Notes under the pieces: generated by a model
What the model was told of the DNA's origin: nothing
Database searches by the model: none
What the model saw: the letters and a program-made list of their open reading frames with translations, nothing else
In this document: one piece after another, positions 1 through 9,007 of the stretch
Layout of the letters: each line of letters starts with the position of its first letter
Numbering within the stretch: position 1 is the first letter of the stretch
Program-made: the position numbers and the translations under genes
DNA from: Oceanococcaceae bacterium
GTDB taxonomy: Bacteria; Pseudomonadota; Gammaproteobacteria; Nevskiales; Oceanococcaceae
NCBI GenBank assembly: GCA_041593295.1
Contig: JBFHON010000001.1
Span: 1 to 37,469, forward strand
Direction: 5' to 3'
DNA length: 37,469 nucleotides

Positions 1-2
1 CC

Positions 3-683
3 ATGACCACCGAATCCTCCCTGACGGAATATCGTGACTACAGCGTGGCGGAAGAGGTCGCTCACGCCGTAACCCACGGGTTGGCTGCGGTGGCCAGCAT
101 CGTTGCACTGGTCGTGATGGTGGCGATGGCGACACTGCACGGCAGCATGCTGCAGGTGGTCGCCGTCAGTATTTACGGGGGCAGCCTGATCCTGTTGTAC
201 ACCTCATCCACGCTCTATCACGCCATTCCCATCGAGAGCGCCCGGCGGGTGCTGCATACGATGGATCATGCGGCGATCTACGTGCTGATTGCCGGAAGCT
301 ACACGCCGTTCGCGCTGATTTCGCTCGAAGGCGCCACCGGCTGGTGGCTGTTCGGCATCATCTGGGCGCTGGCTGCTGCGGGCGTGGTGTTCAAGCTGTT
401 CTTCACCGGGCGTTTCGACAAGGCGTCTGTCGCCCTCTACCTGGCGATGGGCTGGCTGGTCGTCCTGTTTGGTGAGGAGGTGCTGGAGGCGCTGCCGCGA
501 GGCGGGCTGATCCTGCTGGCCGCGGGCGGGCTTTCCTACTCCATTGGTGCCATTTTCTACCTGTGGCGCAGCCTGCGATTCAACCACACCATCTGGCACG
601 TGTTTGTTGTTGGGGGCAGTGTTCTGCAGTTTTTGGCGGTCCTGCTCTACGTCATACCCGGGCCGGACGGCGCCCCACGCTAG
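3..683 (+). CDS. Hemolysin III / PAQR family membrane protein
   Basis: 226-aa ORF with about 7 hydrophobic segments. PAQR-type motifs are visible: EEVAHAVTHG near the N-terminus, S-x3-H (STLYHA), and HxxxH in the last TM (HTIWHVF). Confidence 0.85.
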   Translation: MTTESSLTEYRDYSVAEEVAHAVTHGLAAVASIVALVVMVAMATLHGSMLQVVAVSIYGGSLILLYTSSTLYHAIPIESARRVLHTMDHAAIYVLIAGSYTPFALISLEGATGWWLFGIIWALAAAGVVFKLFFTGRFDKASVALYLAMGWLVVLFGEEVLEALPRGGLILLAAGGLSYSIGAIFYLWRSLRFNHTIWHVFVVGGSVLQFLAVLLYVIPGPDGAPR

Positions 684-699
684 TTCGCGAGAACCGGGG

Positions 700-2142
700 T
701 CAGAACATGTGCCCGTTCATCAGGAAGTGCACCCCGATACTGGCGGCGTAGCCCAGCGCGACGGCCCAGGTCCAGCGCAGGTGGCCCATGAAGGTATAGA
801 AGCCGCGGGCCTGGCCCATTACGGCAACACCCGCCGCGGAGCCGATGGAAAGCATGGAACCGCCTACGCCGGCGGTGAGTGTGACCAGCAGCCACTGGCC
901 CAGGCTCATGTCCGGGTTCATTGTCAGCACCGCGTACATCACCGGAATGTTATCGACGATGGCGGAGAAGACACCGACCAGAATATTGGCGGTGGTGCTG
1001 CCCAGCCCGGCGTACATGACCTCGGAGGTCAGTGACAGGTAACCCAGCACACCGAGGCCACCGACGCAGAGGATGATGCCGTAAAAGAACAGCAGCGTGT
1101 CCCACTCGGCACGAGCGACCTGGTGGAAGGTGTTGATGGCCGACTGGTTGCTGAACTCCGGGTTGGTGTCCGGCTCCAGCCCGCCCTCGTCAAGCAGGTG
1201 CGTCGCCTGCAGACGCTTGCGTCGGTTCAGGTCGAAGCTGTACAGCTTCAGCAGACCCAGTCCGCCCATCATCCCGAGTACCGGCGGATAGTGCAGCAAG
1301 ACGTGCAGCGAAACGGTGACGCTGATGGTGGCGATGAACATGAAGATCACCATGATCCCGCCGGGCAGGATGTCGGCGGCTTCGGCGATGGCGTCGGGTT
1401 TGTCGTTGCCGATCGCGTAGGACAGGATGGCCGCGGGTACCAGCCAGTTGACCAGCGAGGGAACCAGCAGGTGGAAGAAGTCCGGTGCATGCACCATGCC
1501 TTTCTGCCAGACCATCAGCGTGGTGATGTCACCAAAGGGCGAGAAGGCGCCACCGGCATTGGCAGCCACCACGATATTGATGCAGGCCAGCAGGATGAAC
1601 TGTGGGCGGCCCTTGCCGACCGTCATCGCAACCGAAGCCATGACCAGCGCGGTTGTCATGTTGTCCGCGATCGGCGAAATCAGGAACGAGAGCAGCCCGG
1701 TGAGCCAGAACACGGAGCGCAGGGAAAAACCGCTGGAGATGAGGCGCGCCTGCAGGGCGTTGAATACGTTGCGTTCTTCCAGGGTATTGATATACGTCAT
1801 CGCCACCAGCAGGAAAAAGAACAGCTCCGAAAACTCCAGGAAACTGTGCCGCAGGGCTTCTTCGACAAGTTCGGCGCCTCCCAGTTGGTCCTGGGCAAAG
1901 CCGATCAGGGTCCAGATCAGCCCTGCAGCCATCAGTACGGGGATGGACTTCCTCAGGTGCAGCTGGTCTTCCAGAATCACCAGCACGTAGGCGCCTGCGA
2001 ACAGCAGCAGACAGGCGGGGCCGACCCAGCCCAGTGCACCCATCCCGGCGTCCATCGGCGCGGACTCCGGCGCCGCTGCTGCAACCACTCCCGAGAACAA
2101 CACACCAAAAAGGGACATCAGGAGCAGTACGGATTGGGGCAC
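700..2142 (-). CDS. nhaD: Na+/H+ antiporter, NhaD / ArsB-NhaD permease superfamily
   Basis: Polytopic membrane ORF (700..2205) that resembles NhaD throughout (e.g. YVLVILEDQLHLRKSIPVLMAAGLIWTLIGF). The ORF-track start at 2205 is a TTG. GTG at 2142 or ATG at 2118, just before the first hydrophobic segment, are more plausible, so the start is uncertain. Confidence 0.75.
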   Translation of the reverse strand: MPQSVLLLMSLFGVLFSGVVAAAAPESAPMDAGMGALGWVGPACLLLFAGAYVLVILEDQLHLRKSIPVLMAAGLIWTLIGFAQDQLGGAELVEEALRHSFLEFSELFFFLLVAMTYINTLEERNVFNALQARLISSGFSLRSVFWLTGLLSFLISPIADNMTTALVMASVAMTVGKGRPQFILLACINIVVAANAGGAFSPFGDITTLMVWQKGMVHAPDFFHLLVPSLVNWLVPAAILSYAIGNDKPDAIAEAADILPGGIMVIFMFIATISVTVSLHVLLHYPPVLGMMGGLGLLKLYSFDLNRRKRLQATHLLDEGGLEPDTNPEFSNQSAINTFHQVARAEWDTLLFFYGIILCVGGLGVLGYLSLTSEVMYAGLGSTTANILVGVFSAIVDNIPVMYAVLTMNPDMSLGQWLLVTLTAGVGGSMLSIGSAAGVAVMGQARGFYTFMGHLRWTWAVALGYAASIGVHFLMNGHMF

Positions 2143-2240
2143 GTTGTCTTCGCCGGTTGGGGACCCCCGCGGGGTCGGTGCGCGAATTATAGTGCGCTGC
2201 AGCAAAAACAGGGCGGCTTCAGACTCCGTATTTACCGCAA

Positions 2241-3350
2241 TCAGCTACGACTTTTGGCGTAGAGCAGGAGCCCCACAAGGGCGAGCAGGCCCAGAAACCA
2301 GGGCAGCAGGTTGGGCAGCCCGGATTCATCGTCGTTCGGTGAGGTCAGGGCATCCAGTGCCAGCTCCACCGTGCCAGGGGGTTGATTCCACAGCCGTTCA
2401 TCACAGGCCAGCTTGTGCCGGTGGGTATCGCTGGCTTGCGCGGTGAGCGGCAGCTCCGGGGTTCCGGCGATGCGAATCTCCATGCGATCATGTGCCAGCC
2501 ACCACTGCAGCTGCGGGTTTTTCGGCTGGGCCTGCAGTTGCCACTGGTGGTCGCCGACACCGTTGAACAGAATCTGGCTGGGTCCGTCCCCGGGGCGCCA
2601 GCCGCCGCGTGCTTTCCAGGCGTCACGCGGCTGGATTCGCGAGGCCAGGTTGATGGCCTGCAGGCCGGCTGTCGGGCCGGTGACCCGCACACCCCGAACC
2701 ACTTCCTGAAGCGGTGCGCTGACGACACCATCGGCGCCGGGCTCGACGGCAAACCACTGGCGATCGCGTGCCGGTGTGCCGGCGGCCAATGTGACTTCCA
2801 GCATGTCCGGCGCGAAGTCCGGTTCCCGGGTGAAGACCAGGGCCAGCCAATGGGCACCGACAGGGTCGGCCAGTACCAGCTGGCCGGAGCCATTGGCCGT
2901 CAGCGTCAGGGGCCGGCTCCATTGCTTCAGGTCGGGGCTGCTGCGCAGCGTGAAATCGCGTGGAGACAGGCCGGCCGGCAGGGCCAGACCCAGCACCCGC
3001 TGCGAGGACTGACGCAGATCCAGGACCCAGCGCTCCCACGGCGGTTCCAGGCTGACGCCGGGCGCGGTGATGACCGCGATGCTGGTGTCGGCCTGCAGGA
3101 CGAGTTCGGAGCCACGAATCAGCGGGGTCACCGGCACCGACAGGGTCTTCTTCGGCGGGACAACCAGCGTCGGGCAGATGCCATAGGGGACGTCGATGCC
3201 CTGTGCATCCAGAATCTGCAGGCTGGCGTCCACGGACTGCAGCGCAATCCGGTCGTCGGTGCTCAGGGGCACCCGCTGCCAGGTGTCCGTCGCCAGTGCG
3301 GGCAGTGAGGCCAGCCACAGCAGTCCAGTCAGAATCGGTGCAATGCGCAT
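2241..3350 (-). CDS. Hypothetical secreted protein with C-terminal membrane anchor
   Basis: 369 aa. N-terminal signal peptide (LLWLASLPALA-TD) and a C-terminal TM plus basic tail (LLPWFLGLLALVGLLLYAKSRS). Its ATG lies 1 nt after the priA stop. I recognise no catalytic motif. A DUF3999-like assignment is only a guess. Confidence 0.6.
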   Translation of the reverse strand: MRIAPILTGLLWLASLPALATDTWQRVPLSTDDRIALQSVDASLQILDAQGIDVPYGICPTLVVPPKKTLSVPVTPLIRGSELVLQADTSIAVITAPGVSLEPPWERWVLDLRQSSQRVLGLALPAGLSPRDFTLRSSPDLKQWSRPLTLTANGSGQLVLADPVGAHWLALVFTREPDFAPDMLEVTLAAGTPARDRQWFAVEPGADGVVSAPLQEVVRGVRVTGPTAGLQAINLASRIQPRDAWKARGGWRPGDGPSQILFNGVGDHQWQLQAQPKNPQLQWWLAHDRMEIRIAGTPELPLTAQASDTHRHKLACDERLWNQPPGTVELALDALTSPNDDESGLPNLLPWFLGLLALVGLLLYAKSRS

Positions 3351-3351
3351 G

Positions 3352-5505
3352 TCAGTCGAGGGACCAGGGGTCGATATCCAGTGACCAGCGTACCTTGCGG
3401 GCCCAGTTTGCAGTACCCAGTGTGTGATTCAGCACGTGCAGGGTCCGGTTCAGGTCGGCCCGCGTCGCCGCACGAAGCAGCATCTGGCTGCGGTAGCGCC
3501 CTGAGCGGCGGGGCCGGGAGACCGGGCCCAGGTGCTCGGTGGCCTCGTCGGGCCACTGCACATGGTCGGCCAGCAGGTTCCAGAATTGCGTCAGTGCGGA
3601 CTCCTCCGGGCTTTCCGCACGCAGCAATGCCAGCTGCGAGTAGGGTGGCCAGCTGGTTTCCTGGCGTTCCTCCAGCAGCGTGCTGGCGAGGCCGCCATAC
3701 CCCCGGCTGAGCCAGGCCTGCAAATGCGGATGCTCCGGGCTGCGTGTCTGAATGACGCAACAGGCGTCCTGGGCCCGCCGGCCTGCGCGTCCACGCACCT
3801 GTGTCAGCAGTTGCCCCAGGCGTTCCGTTGCGCGGAAATCCGAGCTGAATAGCCCACCATCAGCATCAAGCACCGCGACCAGTGAGAGATGGGGAAAATC
3901 GTGCCCCTTGGCCAGCATCTGGGTGCCAACGACGATGCGGGTCTGGTTGTTGTCGATCGCGTCCAGGGCCTTTTCGAGGCTCCCCTTGCCGCGCAGGCTG
4001 TCGCGGTCAAAGCGCAGTGCCGGGACATCGGGAAACAGCTTTTCCAGCGCGTCCATGACCCGCTGGGTGCCCCAGCCCACCGGGACCAGGTCGGTGCTTT
4101 CGCACTCGCCACAATGGCCCGGTACGGGCTGGTGCGTGTCGCAGTGGTGGCACCGCAGTTCGTTGTCGCTGCGGTGCCAGACCAGGGCACTGTCACACTG
4201 CGGGCACTGAGGGATCCACTGGCACTCGGCGCAGTACAGCACCGGGGCAAACCCCCGTCGGTTCAGGAACAGGAACACCTGGCCTTCGGCGGCGAGGTGT
4301 TGTCGCATCAGTTGCTGCAGCGGGGGGGAGATGGGGTCTGCGGCAGGGAAGGGCCGCAGGTCCACCAGTTGCAGGTCTTGCCGGCCCTTCACCGGCGTGG
4401 ACAGCCGATGCAGCGTGTAGCGCCCCAGCTCGGCATTGCGCAGGCTTTCCAGGGCGGGGGTGGCGCTGCCAAGGATCACCCGGCATTGCTGCAACTGGCC
4501 GCGATAGACCGCCAGATCGCGCGCCGAATAGCGCAATCCGTCTTGCTGCTTGTAGGAGGCCTCGTGCTCCTCGTCGACAATCAGCAGGCCGAGCCGGGGC
4601 AAGGGCAGGAAGATGCCCGAGCGGGTCGCCAGGACGAAATCCACCTCCCCGCGGCGTGCCGCGCGCCAGACTGCCCGGCGTTCGCCGTCGGTGCGCTGTG
4701 AGTGCAGGACGGCGATCCGTCCACTGACGCGGGCGCGCACACGCTCGGTCATGTGCGGGGTCAGGGCGATTTCCGGAACCAGCATCAGGACCTGACGCCC
4801 GGAAGCGATGACCCTGGAGGCGCGCTCGAGGTAGATTTCCGTTTTGCCGCTGCCGGTGGAACCGCGCAGCAGCGTGGTGCCGTAGCCGTCGTCCAGGGTC
4901 ATGGTGGCGGCGCATTGTTCCTGATCCGGCCGCAGCATCACCGGTGAGCCGGCCTGGGTGTGGGGGATGCTGCTTTCGGCCTTGTCGATGCGTTGCAGCC
5001 AGGACTTGGTGCACAGCGTGCGAAGTACCGCATCGCTGGCCGTGAGTTCATCGCGCGGGCGTGCAGTGCGCGTTTCCGCGAGCATGCTCAGCACCTCGCG
5101 CTGGCTTTTGCCCCGCACACGGCCTTCCGTTAGTGCCTGCCGGCCCGCATCGGTGATGCCGTAGTGCCGCCGGGTGACGCCGGCGTGACCAATCAGGTCG
5201 CCGGGTAGTGCGGTGGCCAGTGCCAGACCCAGCGGGTGCCGATAATGCCGTGCCGCAAACTGCAGCAGGCTCAGGCTCGGCGAGTCGAGCACGCTGTCGT
5301 GTATGGCTTCCACCCGTCGCAGCCGATTCCGCGGCACCTCACTGTCTGCGCTGACCTCGACCACCACGCCCTTCAGTCGGCGGCGGCCAAACGGGACCGT
5401 GACGCCGCAGCCCATGACCTCGGAGTGGCCCGGTGAGATATCCGGTGCGAGGTAGTCATAGACATCCGGCCCTGCAACAGGGAGGGCAACCTTCCAGATC
5501 GACAT
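3352..5505 (-). CDS. priA: Primosomal protein N' (replication restart helicase PriA)
   Basis: 717 aa. Walker A GSTGSGKTE, DEEH box (IVDEEHE), and a Cys-rich zinc-binding insert (CAECQWIPQCPQCDSALVWH...CHHCD...CGEC). Confidence 0.95.
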   Translation of the reverse strand: MSIWKVALPVAGPDVYDYLAPDISPGHSEVMGCGVTVPFGRRRLKGVVVEVSADSEVPRNRLRRVEAIHDSVLDSPSLSLLQFAARHYRHPLGLALATALPGDLIGHAGVTRRHYGITDAGRQALTEGRVRGKSQREVLSMLAETRTARPRDELTASDAVLRTLCTKSWLQRIDKAESSIPHTQAGSPVMLRPDQEQCAATMTLDDGYGTTLLRGSTGSGKTEIYLERASRVIASGRQVLMLVPEIALTPHMTERVRARVSGRIAVLHSQRTDGERRAVWRAARRGEVDFVLATRSGIFLPLPRLGLLIVDEEHEASYKQQDGLRYSARDLAVYRGQLQQCRVILGSATPALESLRNAELGRYTLHRLSTPVKGRQDLQLVDLRPFPAADPISPPLQQLMRQHLAAEGQVFLFLNRRGFAPVLYCAECQWIPQCPQCDSALVWHRSDNELRCHHCDTHQPVPGHCGECESTDLVPVGWGTQRVMDALEKLFPDVPALRFDRDSLRGKGSLEKALDAIDNNQTRIVVGTQMLAKGHDFPHLSLVAVLDADGGLFSSDFRATERLGQLLTQVRGRAGRRAQDACCVIQTRSPEHPHLQAWLSRGYGGLASTLLEERQETSWPPYSQLALLRAESPEESALTQFWNLLADHVQWPDEATEHLGPVSRPRRSGRYRSQMLLRAATRADLNRTLHVLNHTLGTANWARKVRWSLDIDPWSLD

Positions 5506-5508
5506 CGG

Positions 5509-6678
5509 TCAGGGGGTGACGCCGATACGGCGATCAGTCAGCATGCGCGCGAGGGCAATGATGGCGGGGGATAGCAGCAGGGACAGGGCAATAAGCAGGA
5601 TCGTCAGCTTGTAGGTGAACGGGCCGATGGCATCGGAACTCATGCCGGCCGCGACCAGCACAAAGGAAAACTCACCAATCTGCGCCAGCATCGCGCCGCT
5701 GACAATGCTGTGTTGCCAGGACTCGCCGAGTGCGCGGAAGGTGATGGCATTGATCGCGCCGTTGGTCACAATCACCCCGACCAGCAGGCTGATCACCAGG
5801 ATCCGGTGCTCGGCGACGAAAGCCAGGTCCACCAGGCTGCCGACGGACACGAAGAACAGGGCCACAAACAGGGTGCGGAATGAGTCCAGGCGTTCGCCGA
5901 CCCAGCGGGTCTCGCGGGCGACGCCGACCAGCATGCCGGCCATGAAGGTGCCCAGCGCCGCCGACAGGTGAAAGAACACCGCGATATTGGCAAAACCCAG
6001 AAAGATCATCATTGCGGCGAAGACCTGAACTTCGTGGTCCTGGTACAGACGGGCCCCCAGCGGGAGCCGAATCCGGTGGGCGCCGGTCAGCCAGGCCATG
6101 AACATGATGATGGCCAGCAGCCCGGCCATCTGCCGCAGGAATTCGCTGCCATCGAGGGATTCGCCGCTGATCAGGCTGATCGTGATCAGCATCGGCACGA
6201 TGGCCAGATCCTGCGCGAGCAGGATGCCGACCACATCGCGACCGATCTTGGTGTCAGTCTCGCCCCGGTCTTCCAGATGCGAGAGCACGACTGCCGTGCT
6301 CGACAGGCTGATCACGAAGCCGATCAGGAGAATTCGCGCTAGCGGCCAGTCCAGAAACGCGCCGATGATGCCCACCAGTGCGACCGACAACGCGATCTGC
6401 GCAAGGGTCAGGAAAATGGTGCGGTTCCACTGCGCCAGCAGTTTGCGGGGGTGCACTTTCATGCCCACGAAGAACAGCAGCAGCATGACGCCGATATCGC
6501 CCAGCCGGGTGAACAGCTCGGCGTCGCCGATGGCGTCCAGCCCATGCGGGCCCAGCGCGATGCCGCAAAGCAGGTATGCCACCACGTGCGGCTGCCCGAA
6601 ATAACGCATGATGCTTCCGACGATCAGCAGCAGGCTGCTGGCCAACAACAATTGCAGGAGGATCGGGTCGGAATGCAT
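5509..6678 (-). CDS. Cation:proton antiporter, CPA2 (Kef-like membrane domain, no RCK domain)
   Basis: The real protein starts at MHSDPILLQLLLASSLLLIVGSIMRYFGQPHVVAYLLCGIALGPHGL, a typical CPA2 N-terminus. The 238 codons upstream of it in ORF 5509..7392 are antisense to the GDPD gene and are treated as spurious. Confidence 0.8.
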   Translation of the reverse strand: MHSDPILLQLLLASSLLLIVGSIMRYFGQPHVVAYLLCGIALGPHGLDAIGDAELFTRLGDIGVMLLLFFVGMKVHPRKLLAQWNRTIFLTLAQIALSVALVGIIGAFLDWPLARILLIGFVISLSSTAVVLSHLEDRGETDTKIGRDVVGILLAQDLAIVPMLITISLISGESLDGSEFLRQMAGLLAIIMFMAWLTGAHRIRLPLGARLYQDHEVQVFAAMMIFLGFANIAVFFHLSAALGTFMAGMLVGVARETRWVGERLDSFRTLFVALFFVSVGSLVDLAFVAEHRILVISLLVGVIVTNGAINAITFRALGESWQHSIVSGAMLAQIGEFSFVLVAAGMSSDAIGPFTYKLTILLIALSLLLSPAIIALARMLTDRRIGVTP

Positions 6679-7488
6679 AAACGGGATGATCGCACATGGG
6701 CGCCAGTCATCATCGGGCATCGTGGTGCCAGTGCCCATGCGCCGGAGAACACGGCTCCTGCCTTTGACCTGGCGCTCAAGGCGGGCGCCGAAGGCCTGGA
6801 AATGGATTTGCAGATCAGCCGCGACGGGCACATCGTGATCTACCACGACCACAAGCTGGCCAAGCTGGGCCTGCGCAGTCAGCACATCCGGGACTACGAC
6901 TGGGCGCGCTTGCGAACCCGGGATGCCGGGGTCTGGTTTGCGCCGGAGTTTGCGGAAACGCCCTTGCTGCGGCTGGAGGACGTGCTGGCGATCTGGGGGC
7001 CAAAAACCCGCCTGCTGCTGGAGATCAAGGCGCATGGGCGTAATCGCAAGGGCAGTCGTGACCGGGAATGTGCCCGGGCGAGTGCCGAGCGGGTGCTGGA
7101 GGCGCCGGCGGCCGTGCGTGAGCGAGTCAGCTTCCTCAGTTTTTCCGATGCGGTCCTGCAGGAGGTTGCTGCCGTGTTCGCGGCCCGCGGTGACGCCGCA
7201 CCCCACCTGGTGCGGAACATTGATCATCCCGGTGAGCTGCGCCGCACGACGCAGGACGACCTGAGCCGGTATGCAGCGGTCTGTGTGAATGTGGACGGCT
7301 TTGCACCCACCCAGGTTGCCCGGCTGCATCGGGCCGGGGTTCCGGTCTATGCCTATACCGTTGATACCAGCGCCCAGGTCCGGCACGCCCATGCCCTGGG
7401 GTGCTCGCTGCTGATCTGCAACGGCCCCGGCGAGGTCCGGGAACGGATTCAGAAATGGCAGCTGGCGGGCAAGCGCCCGGAAGCCTAG
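6673..7488 (+). CDS. Glycerophosphodiester phosphodiesterase (GDPD family)
   Basis: GDPD motifs IIGHRGASAHAPENT and LEMDLQISRDGHIVIYHD. The first ATG before the HRG motif is at 6673 and is in frame with ORF 6451..7488. Confidence 0.85.
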   Translation: MHKRDDRTWAPVIIGHRGASAHAPENTAPAFDLALKAGAEGLEMDLQISRDGHIVIYHDHKLAKLGLRSQHIRDYDWARLRTRDAGVWFAPEFAETPLLRLEDVLAIWGPKTRLLLEIKAHGRNRKGSRDRECARASAERVLEAPAAVRERVSFLSFSDAVLQEVAAVFAARGDAAPHLVRNIDHPGELRRTTQDDLSRYAAVCVNVDGFAPTQVARLHRAGVPVYAYTVDTSAQVRHAHALGCSLLICNGPGEVRERIQKWQLAGKRPEA

Positions 7489-8897
7489 GGAGTCAGCTCG
7501 TGGTAGCGGTAGAAATTGCGGTCCGCAGTGGCGATTCCTTCGTCCGGGATGCCTGGCGGGCTGAGGGTTGCTGCCCAGGCTGTCAGTTCGGCCTCCAGTG
7601 ATTCAACCACTTCGGGGTAGGCCGCGGCCAGGTTGTCGCCTTCGGGCTGGTCATCAGCGGTGCGATACAGCAGTCGCTGGCCATCGCCCAGCGTGATCAG
7701 CTTCCAGTCGTTGGTGCGGATGGCTGCCTGAGTCTTGAAGCGCCAGTACAGCGCAGAGCGCAGTGGCGGCAGCTCCGGGTCCTGCAATGCCGGCAACAGG
7801 TTCTCGCCGTCCAGGTCTTCCGGAATGTCCACGCCGGCGACAGCCAGGGCGGTGGTGGCAATATCCAGCGTGCTGGCCAGCTGGGTATAGATCTGCCCCG
7901 CGGGCAACTGTTCCGGCCAGGTCACAATGTAGGGTACCCGCACGCCGCCGTCGGTCAGCATGCCCTTCTCGCCGGCGAGCGGGGTATTCAGTGAGCCGTT
8001 CCAGGCCCGGGGTGAGACCGGAGCGCCATTGTCACCGGCGTAGATGATCAGGGTGTTTTCGCTCAGGCCCCGCGCAGCCAGCTCTTCCCGGATGCGGCCT
8101 ACGCCGCGATCCATGGCGTGGAGCATGGCCAGGGCGGTTCGCCGGGTTTCGTTCGTGGTCGTGCTGAATATTTCCCGGTCCGCATCCGGGGCTTCCAGCG
8201 GGACATGCGGAGCGAAGTACGGCAGGTACAGGAAGAAGGGGCGCGAAGCGTTGCGGCGAATAAAGGCTTGGCCCCACTCGCTGGCGGCATCGACACGGAA
8301 GCGCTCGTCGCGGACCGCGGTTCCCGGTGCCACCCGGGTGCCGTTGGCCTGATGCGAGGCGCGAAACACGTTGCGCTCGCCTTCGAAAAACTCGTCAAAG
8401 CCCTGTCCCTGCGCGCTGTAGGGGGTGGTATCCACGTCCTCGGGAAATTTGTCCCGGTTGTTCTGGTCGATCCCGAGGTGCCATTTCCCCGCCATGCCGG
8501 TGCGATAGCCGGCATCGCGCAGGCGCTCGGCCAGCGTGATCATGTCCGGGGATAACGGGCCGTCCAGATTGGTTTCGTGGCCAAAGCGACCCTGGTAAAT
8601 CCCGGTCAGCAGGCCGGCCCGTGAGGGGCTGCATTGCGGGGCCGTGACAAAGCCCTTGGTGAACAGGGTGCCGTCGCGCGCCAGCGTGTCGGTGTGCGGT
8701 GTCAGCACATCCGGCTCCAGCCCGGCGATTCCCAGGTCGGCAAAGCCATGGTCATCGGTGAAGAACACGATGATATTGGGTGGGCCCTCCCGCTCGCCGA
8801 CCGTCGATTCGCCATCACAGCCGTGGAGGCCGCCCAGCAGCGCTCCCAGGCAGGTCAGGCCGATTAACAGTCGCAGGTGAATTCGGGGCGTAAGCAT
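7485..8897 (-). CDS. Sulfatase (formylglycine-dependent arylsulfatase family), probable lipoprotein
   Basis: FFTDDHGFADLG metal-binding N-terminus and the C-x-P-x-R formylglycine motif CSPSRAGLLTG. The likely start is MLTPRIHLRLL... at 8897, with a lipobox-like LHGC. Confidence 0.88.
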   Translation of the reverse strand: MLTPRIHLRLLIGLTCLGALLGGLHGCDGESTVGEREGPPNIIVFFTDDHGFADLGIAGLEPDVLTPHTDTLARDGTLFTKGFVTAPQCSPSRAGLLTGIYQGRFGHETNLDGPLSPDMITLAERLRDAGYRTGMAGKWHLGIDQNNRDKFPEDVDTTPYSAQGQGFDEFFEGERNVFRASHQANGTRVAPGTAVRDERFRVDAASEWGQAFIRRNASRPFFLYLPYFAPHVPLEAPDADREIFSTTTNETRRTALAMLHAMDRGVGRIREELAARGLSENTLIIYAGDNGAPVSPRAWNGSLNTPLAGEKGMLTDGGVRVPYIVTWPEQLPAGQIYTQLASTLDIATTALAVAGVDIPEDLDGENLLPALQDPELPPLRSALYWRFKTQAAIRTNDWKLITLGDGQRLLYRTADDQPEGDNLAAAYPEVVESLEAELTAWAATLSPPGIPDEGIATADRNFYRYHELTP

Positions 8898-8947
8898 GGG
8901 GGAGCCGGTTGCAGGGCAGGGTGCAGAGTGTGCCCCGTTTGCACGCA

Positions 8948-8986
8948 AATACAAAAAAGGCGCGAGAACCGAAGTTGCTCGCGCCT
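8948..8986 (-). terminator. Rho-independent terminator downstream of pntB
   Basis: The minus strand reads AGGCGCGAG-caacttcggtt-CTCGCGCCT followed by TTTTTGTATTT. It begins about 20 nt after the pntB stop. Confidence 0.8.
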
Positions 8987-9007
8987 GTTGCCGGTGGGTG
9001 CCGTGGC

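Noticed and set aside
6679-7392. 238-codon N-terminal extension of the CPA2 ORF
   Set aside because: The extension is antisense to the well-supported GDPD gene and has no membrane or antiporter character. The CPA2 homology begins at MHSDPILL.
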